Assembly: GCA_964605735.1 (NCBI GenBank)
Contig: CAZSDS010000001.1
Coordinates: 639,157-703,156 of the forward strand
Length of the DNA: 64,000 nucleotides
From: an uncultured Candidatus Saccharibacteria bacterium
GTDB lineage: Bacteria; Patescibacteriota; Doudnabacteria; UBA920; O2-02-FULL-48-8
Direction: 5' to 3'
A program made the translations under genes and the position numbers. Below the pieces are notes generated by a model. It saw nothing but the letters and a program-made list of their open reading frames with translations. It was not told where the DNA came from and did no database searches. Below are positions 58,791 through 64,000 of the stretch, one piece after another (the first letter of the stretch is position 1; the number at the start of each line of letters is the position of its first letter).

Positions 58791-59261
58791 ATGGCTAAAA
58801 CTCAAATTGATCCCAAGCCGATCATCAGCGCCCGCCGTGAAAAACTTCGAGAATGGAGAGAGGTTCAGGATCGGCTGAACAGGGACAGGAACGAGCACCT
58901 GAAAGTGTGGCGGCGCGAGAACAAAAAACTGATCAAGGAGATCAGGTTGCGCTTTGTGGGCTGGGAAAGGATTGGGGTTAGGCAGTTTCTTTTTTGGTTT
59001 GATCCTGCCTACATTCTGGAAGGTAATAAAATAGTCCAATACATCCAGCCGCATGAGTACGCGGGATACGGATTTGATCGCTCGCTGTCTGGTGGGTGTA
59101 GGAAGTGGGAAACGGTTTCAGACATTCAGCGCGATTTCGAAATTTTGAAAGAGGATTTGAAGGAATGGTTCAGGATTACTTATGAGGAATCCGCAATAAG
59201 GTACCGGAGACGGAAGCGGCTCCATCCGTGCCTGAAAGTTACAATATCGCTTGCTCGTTAA
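58791..59261 (+). CDS. Orphan basic hypothetical protein
   Basis: Promoter TTGACT(58745)-18-TATCAT, SD AGGAGG before ATG 58791. Confidence 0.65.
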   Translation: MAKTQIDPKPIISARREKLREWREVQDRLNRDRNEHLKVWRRENKKLIKEIRLRFVGWERIGVRQFLFWFDPAYILEGNKIVQYIQPHEYAGYGFDRSLSGGCRKWETVSDIQRDFEILKEDLKEWFRITYEESAIRYRRRKRLHPCLKVTISLAR

Positions 59262-59297
59262 GTTCTGGGCAAGCGTTTTCTTTTTCAAAAAGATGAC

Positions 59298-59783
59298 CTA
59301 TTTTAGGTCTTGCAATTTAATGCGCCCTGTTCCGGCCCAGGCGATGGCTGCTGCATCTGCGGCGTCATCTGGCTTTGGTATTTTCTTAAGCTTAAGAAGC
59401 GTTAACAGCATTTTCTGGACTTGGGCCTTTTCTGCTTTGCCATATCCAGTAATTGCAATCTTCACCTGTAATGGAGTTATTTCAATTACCCTTAGTCCAT
59501 GCTCGGCCGCGGTGACTATTGCCACTCCCCTGGCCTGGCCCACGCTCATTGCGGTTTTACTGTTCGCAGCAAAATAGAGAGACTCGATGCAAAGCACTTC
59601 AGGTTTGTATTTTTTTATGATCGCATCCAAGTCTTGTTTTATTTCCAAAAGCCTGCCCGGCTCTGGAGTATTCGCCGGAGTGGTGATACAGCCACATTCG
59701 GAAAGAATGTGCTGATTCCCTGATGATTTAAGGATTGCATAGCCCATGCGGCCTATGCCCGGGTCAATGCCTAAAATGGTCAT
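59298..59783 (-). CDS. ruvC: Crossover junction endodeoxyribonuclease RuvC
   Basis: ILGIDPG, ARG, TP.QVK..ITGYG.A.K.QV, DDAADA. Confidence 0.96.
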   Translation of the reverse strand: MTILGIDPGIGRMGYAILKSSGNQHILSECGCITTPANTPEPGRLLEIKQDLDAIIKKYKPEVLCIESLYFAANSKTAMSVGQARGVAIVTAAEHGLRVIEITPLQVKIAITGYGKAEKAQVQKMLLTLLKLKKIPKPDDAADAAAIAWAGTGRIKLQDLK

Positions 59784-59793
59784 GCGCTTTAAA

Positions 59794-60507
59794 TTAGTTT
59801 AGGTTTGTGTGCACAGTCATTATGTCGTCGTCATCTTCCAGGGCATCTATCAGCTGTTGCACTTTTTTGTTGTCTTCTTCAGACAGCTCGACCGTTTGGT
59901 TAGGCTTCATAATGACTTCCGCGTCAAGAATTTTCAGGCCTTTGTCTTCAATCCATTTTTTAACCTTTTCCAGGTCTACCGGCAAAGTATAAATTTCAAA
60001 TCCATCCGGAGTTTCTTTTATGTCCTCAACCCCAATGTCTATAAGTTCAAGCGCCAGGTCCTCTGTGCCAGGTTGTTTTTCCAACAGGATTTGTCCTTTT
60101 GATTCAAACATCCAGGTCACGCTCCCCTGTTCCCCCATGCGTCCGCCATACTTGTTAAAAGTATTGCGGATGGTTTGAGTGGTGCGGTTTTTGTTGTCAG
60201 TGATGGTTTCAACCATCATGGCTGTGCCAGCCGGGCCGTAACCTTCATATACCACTGACTCAATGGCTTCTTTTCCTTCCCCTGCTCCGCGCTTGATGGC
60301 GCGGTCTATGTTGTCGGCGGGCATGGCTGCCTGTTTGGCCTTGTCCACTGCCACCCGCAGTTTAAAGTTGAAGTTAGGATCCGGACTGCCCCCGGTTTTT
60401 ACCGCCACGCTAATGGTGCGGGCAAGTTTTGAAAACAGCTTTCCTCTTTTTGCGTCTGCAGCGCCTTTTTGGCGCTTTATTGTTGACCATTTACTGTGTC
60501 CGGACAT
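59794..60507 (-). CDS. yebC: YebC/PmpR-family protein
   Basis: MSGHSKW..IKR.K, YEGYGP.G, TDN.NRT. Confidence 0.96.
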   Translation of the reverse strand: MSGHSKWSTIKRQKGAADAKRGKLFSKLARTISVAVKTGGSPDPNFNFKLRVAVDKAKQAAMPADNIDRAIKRGAGEGKEAIESVVYEGYGPAGTAMMVETITDNKNRTTQTIRNTFNKYGGRMGEQGSVTWMFESKGQILLEKQPGTEDLALELIDIGVEDIKETPDGFEIYTLPVDLEKVKKWIEDKGLKILDAEVIMKPNQTVELSEEDNKKVQQLIDALEDDDDIMTVHTNLN

Positions 60508-60634
60508 ATCTGTAATTGGATTAATGCTCCAGTATTATAACAAAAAAGCTTCCGTGACGGGCAAGGCAAATCAAAACGCCCCAGATGGAACAACTCTGCG
60601 GCGTAATGAGCTTATCTCAAGCATTCAAAAAGTT

Positions 60635-60832
60635 TTAGAAATTCATTCTGATTTGGTTGTTGTTTGCGGTTTTATCAATCCAAAGCCACCAATAAATGAT
60701 AAGACCCAGTCCAAGCAGGAAGAAGCTGACAACAAATCCCAGCCTGACCAACCAGACATTCGTTTCATATTTTTCTGCCAGTCCAGTGGCCACCCCTGCA
60801 ACCAGCGCTTGATTTGTTTCCCTTTTTATCAT
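60635..60832 (-). CDS. PspC-domain membrane protein
   Basis: VAGV..GLA.......LVRL.FV......G..IY..LW; start MIKRE. Confidence 0.75.
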   Translation of the reverse strand: MIKRETNQALVAGVATGLAEKYETNVWLVRLGFVVSFFLLGLGLIIYWWLWIDKTANNNQIRMNF

Positions 60833-60959
60833 AATAAGCTTCCTTGCGGCCAGCACAGCCCTGAAAATGTCAGGACCTTCATGCCTGGAAGTCCAGGACT
60901 GTACTGTTCCTTATTGGAAGCTTATATCATCGCCCATATTTTGCTATTAGAACTTTTGA

Positions 60960-63425
60960 CTAAATTATTGTTGTAGTCGCAACTTTGTCTTGTGCATCAA
61001 GCGTCATTATACGCACGCCTTGTGTAGCGCGGCCAAGCGTTGAGATTTTACCAACCGGAGTGCGCAGGGTCTGGCCGGATTTGGTAATTACCATAACGTC
61101 ATGCTCTTCTGACTTGTCGATGACGTGCAGGGAAACAATGTTTCCGGTTTTAGGAGTAACTTTCAAGGTCTTGATTCCTGATCCGCCGCGGCCTTGCCGT
61201 TTGTATTCTTTCAAGTCGGTTTTTTTGCCCAAGCCGTTTTCAGTGACCACAAAGATCTGAACGTTATCCAGGTTCTTGTCCTTCTTCCAGACCAGGTCCA
61301 TGCTCATGATCCAGTCACCTTTTCTGACTCTCATGCCGCGGACGCCAGCGGCTGTGCGGCCCATTGGCCTGACGTCTTTTTCGTCAAAGCGGATGGCCTG
61401 CCCCAGGGCGGTTGAAAGAATGATGTCGTCCTCGCCGGTTGAATGCTTGACCCAGCGGAGTTCGTCGCCGGCTTTCAGTTTGATGGCAATCAATCCTGAG
61501 CGGCGGACTTTGGCGAATTCTTCAATTGGGGTTTTCTTGATCAGTCCTGATTTGGTGCAGAGAACCAGATATTTGGCCGGAGTTTTCTTTGAGAGAGTCA
61601 AGACGCTCTGAACTGTTTCGTCGTTTGGCAGTTCAAGGAAGTTGACCAGGGCTTGTCCCCTGGAAGTCCTTGAGCCTTCCGGCAGTTCATAGACTTTGGT
61701 TTGGAATACGCGGCCCTTGTTGGTGAAGAATAAGATGTCGTCATGGGTGTTTGAGGTGGAAAGCCATTCAACAACATCCTCTTCTTTGGTGGTCATGCCG
61801 ATAACGCCCTTGCCTCCCCTTCCCTGTGATTTGTAGGTGTCAGGCGGCACTCGTTTTACGTAACCGGATTTTGTAATAATGACCATGGCCTGCGCTTCCG
61901 GAATCAGGTCTTCCACTCTGAACTGGCCAATTGGCTGTTTGACCAAAACTGTGCGGCGTTCGTCGCCGTATTTTTCTTTCATTTCCTGCAGTTCGGTTTT
62001 GATGACTTCCTTTTTCTTCTTGTCGCTGGCAAGCAATTCCTCCAATTCTTTGATAAGCTTTCGCTTTTCTTTCAATTCATCCTCAATTTTTTTGCGTTCC
62101 AATCCGGCCAGTGTGCGCAATTGCATGGCAAGGATGGCGCTGGCTTGTTTGTCTGAGAGTTTGAACTTGGTCATCAGGGCGTTGTGGGCAATTTCAGTGG
62201 TTTCAGATTTCTTGATGGTGTTGATGATCGCGTCAATGTTGTCCAAAGCCTTTTTCAACCCTTCCAGGATGTGGGCGCGTTCTTTGGCTTTGTTGAGGTC
62301 ATATTCAGTGCGGCGGGTAATAACTTCCTGGCGGTGTTTGATGTAATACTCAAGAATGTTTTTGAGGTTCAAAACTTGCGGTTCCAGCCCGTCCACAAGA
62401 GCCAGCATGTTGACGTGGAAAGTATCCTGCAGGGCCGTGTATTTGAACAGCTGGTTTAAAACTTTGTTTGGCAGGGCGTCCTTTTTCAAATCAATGACAA
62501 TGCGGACGGTATCAGATGATTCGTCGCGCAAGTCTCTGATGCCCTCAATTTTTTTGTCTCTGACGAGTTCCGCAAAATTCTCAAGCAATGAGGCCTTGTT
62601 TACGCGGTAAGGAATTTCAGAAATTATGATCTGATGGCTGCCTTTGTTCTCTACGATTTCCGTTTTGGCGCGCATGACAATAGGGCCTTTGCCTGTGGCA
62701 TAGGTCTGCTTGATGGTGTTCCAGTCATAAATATAGCCGCCTGTCGGGAAGTCTGGGCCTTTAACGAATTCCATCAAGTCTTCTGAGGTGGCTGAGGAAT
62801 CGTTGATCAGCGCGATTGTCGCGTCAATAACTTCGCCGAGGTTGTGCGGCGGCATGTCAGTGGCCATACCAACGGCGATTCCCAGCGTGCCGTTGATTAA
62901 AAGGTTAGGGACTTTTGCCGGGAGCACAGCCGGTTCTTTTTGGGTAGCGTCGTAGTTGTCGTTCCAGTTAACCGTTTCTTTTTCAATATCTGCCAGGATT
63001 TCTTCCGCGATTGCAGTCATGCGGGCTTCCGTATAACGCATTGCCGCTGGGCTGTCCCCGTCCATTGACCCGAAGTTTCCCTGCCCGTCCACGAGCGGAT
63101 AGCGCATGGCAAAGTCCTGGGCCATGCGGACCATGGAATCGTAAACCGCCACGTCGCCGTGTGGGTGGTATTTGGCCAAAACTTCACCTACAACAGCCGC
63201 CGATTTTCTGTATTTTGCTGTGGAGCGCAGGCCGATTTCCGACATCGCGTACAAAATTCTTCGGTGCACCGGTTTCAGTCCGTCTCTGACGTCAGGCAAG
63301 GCGCGCGCAACAATAACGCTCATGGCGTAGTCCAAATAGGACTCCTGCATTTCGCGTTCAATCGGGCGGGGCGCTACATGCCCTATGCTTGCCGGTTCTA
63401 ACACTTGTTCTTCTTTTTTAGCCAT
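60960..63425 (-). CDS. gyrA: DNA gyrase subunit A
   Basis: [22 protein letters not shown], GyrA-box QGRGGKG, beta-pinwheel repeats. Confidence 0.97.
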   Translation of the reverse strand: MAKKEEQVLEPASIGHVAPRPIEREMQESYLDYAMSVIVARALPDVRDGLKPVHRRILYAMSEIGLRSTAKYRKSAAVVGEVLAKYHPHGDVAVYDSMVRMAQDFAMRYPLVDGQGNFGSMDGDSPAAMRYTEARMTAIAEEILADIEKETVNWNDNYDATQKEPAVLPAKVPNLLINGTLGIAVGMATDMPPHNLGEVIDATIALINDSSATSEDLMEFVKGPDFPTGGYIYDWNTIKQTYATGKGPIVMRAKTEIVENKGSHQIIISEIPYRVNKASLLENFAELVRDKKIEGIRDLRDESSDTVRIVIDLKKDALPNKVLNQLFKYTALQDTFHVNMLALVDGLEPQVLNLKNILEYYIKHRQEVITRRTEYDLNKAKERAHILEGLKKALDNIDAIINTIKKSETTEIAHNALMTKFKLSDKQASAILAMQLRTLAGLERKKIEDELKEKRKLIKELEELLASDKKKKEVIKTELQEMKEKYGDERRTVLVKQPIGQFRVEDLIPEAQAMVIITKSGYVKRVPPDTYKSQGRGGKGVIGMTTKEEDVVEWLSTSNTHDDILFFTNKGRVFQTKVYELPEGSRTSRGQALVNFLELPNDETVQSVLTLSKKTPAKYLVLCTKSGLIKKTPIEEFAKVRRSGLIAIKLKAGDELRWVKHSTGEDDIILSTALGQAIRFDEKDVRPMGRTAAGVRGMRVRKGDWIMSMDLVWKKDKNLDNVQIFVVTENGLGKKTDLKEYKRQGRGGSGIKTLKVTPKTGNIVSLHVIDKSEEHDVMVITKSGQTLRTPVGKISTLGRATQGVRIMTLDAQDKVATTTII

Positions 63426-63432
63426 ATGTGGT

Positions 63433-63987
63433 TTACGATCTTAATTCTTCTAAGGGGTTTAGTTTGTCGAAATCTATTTTAATGGTCTGCTGTGAAAATT
63501 CGTTTTTCTGTTCTAAGTTCAATTCCCTAATCGTCAACTCTCCTTTATCCTCTTTAAACTCCGGGAAAACCATCACCCCAAAGTTGGTTGTTTTGTTCAG
63601 CACCTTCACTACGAAGGGCTGTTGTTGCCTGGTTTGAACCGCTTCCGGTTCCAGTGTCTGGTTTCCGACCTTCAGGCTGATTTTGTCTTTAGACGGGAAG
63701 TTTAAGATTTCGTCGGTGTTGTTTTCAACCTTGAAGTAGATATACCTCTTCCCTTCTCTGACTTCAGTGGCTTCCAGTGTGATGAAGTTGGAAGCGCCGA
63801 GGACTTGTCCTGGCTGAAGGCTGGAAAGGTTCAAGTCAGGGGTGCTTATGTCGGCAAATTTATGCTTGAGGTTGTTGATCCAGACTGTTCCAAGTCCGAT
63901 CATGGTCACCGCTATTGCGGCGGCTAGGATTCGGCCTTTGGTTTGGTAGGACCTGGTTTGCAAATAACTGACGATTTTGTTTAACAT
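63433..63987 (-). CDS. Hypothetical membrane-anchored Ig-like protein
   Basis: N-terminal TM, beta-rich domain; directly upstream of gyrA. Confidence 0.7.
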   Translation of the reverse strand: MLNKIVSYLQTRSYQTKGRILAAAIAVTMIGLGTVWINNLKHKFADISTPDLNLSSLQPGQVLGASNFITLEATEVREGKRYIYFKVENNTDEILNFPSKDKISLKVGNQTLEPEAVQTRQQQPFVVKVLNKTTNFGVMVFPEFKEDKGELTIRELNLEQKNEFSQQTIKIDFDKLNPLEELRS

Positions 63988-64000
63988 TTTTGTTTGGAGA

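Noticed and set aside
60829-60882. uORF MKVLTFSGLCWPQGSLL overlapping the pspC-like start
   Set aside because: No initiation signal and buried in the stem; cannot be distinguished from chance

Overview
Core chromosomal segment of a small-genome Patescibacteria (CPR, Parcubacteria/Doudnabacteria-like; taxonomy is inferred from gene content and protein style) spanning the replication origin. It carries dnaA-dnaN-recF, rpmH-rnpA-yidD-yidC-jag, rpoBC, polA, uvrB, ruvA/B/C, gyrA, valS, tyrS, tsaB/D/E, queA, tig and tRNA-Glu(TTC), plus monoderm envelope genes (PBP1A, FemAB, VanW, M23 peptidase, an LPxTG surface protein, a PilB/GspE ATPase). I found no integrase, transposase or CRISPR array. The main highlights are: (1) an actinobacterial-ileS-type, ultrashort-Stem-I T-box riboswitch re-specified to Val (GUC) upstream of valS; (2) a two-class gene architecture in which several housekeeping genes look leaderless or SD-less, while about 10 scattered orphan genes carry a strong AGGAGG, most with their own sigma70 promoter and terminator and some with boxA-like leaders; (3) one of those orphans looks like an outer-membrane beta-barrel in an apparently monoderm cell; (4) degenerate UppP and DHH pseudo-enzymes, a divergent GGDEF protein, a repeated structured element flanking rpoB, and unannotated small proteins. 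All calls were made by eye, with no database searches.
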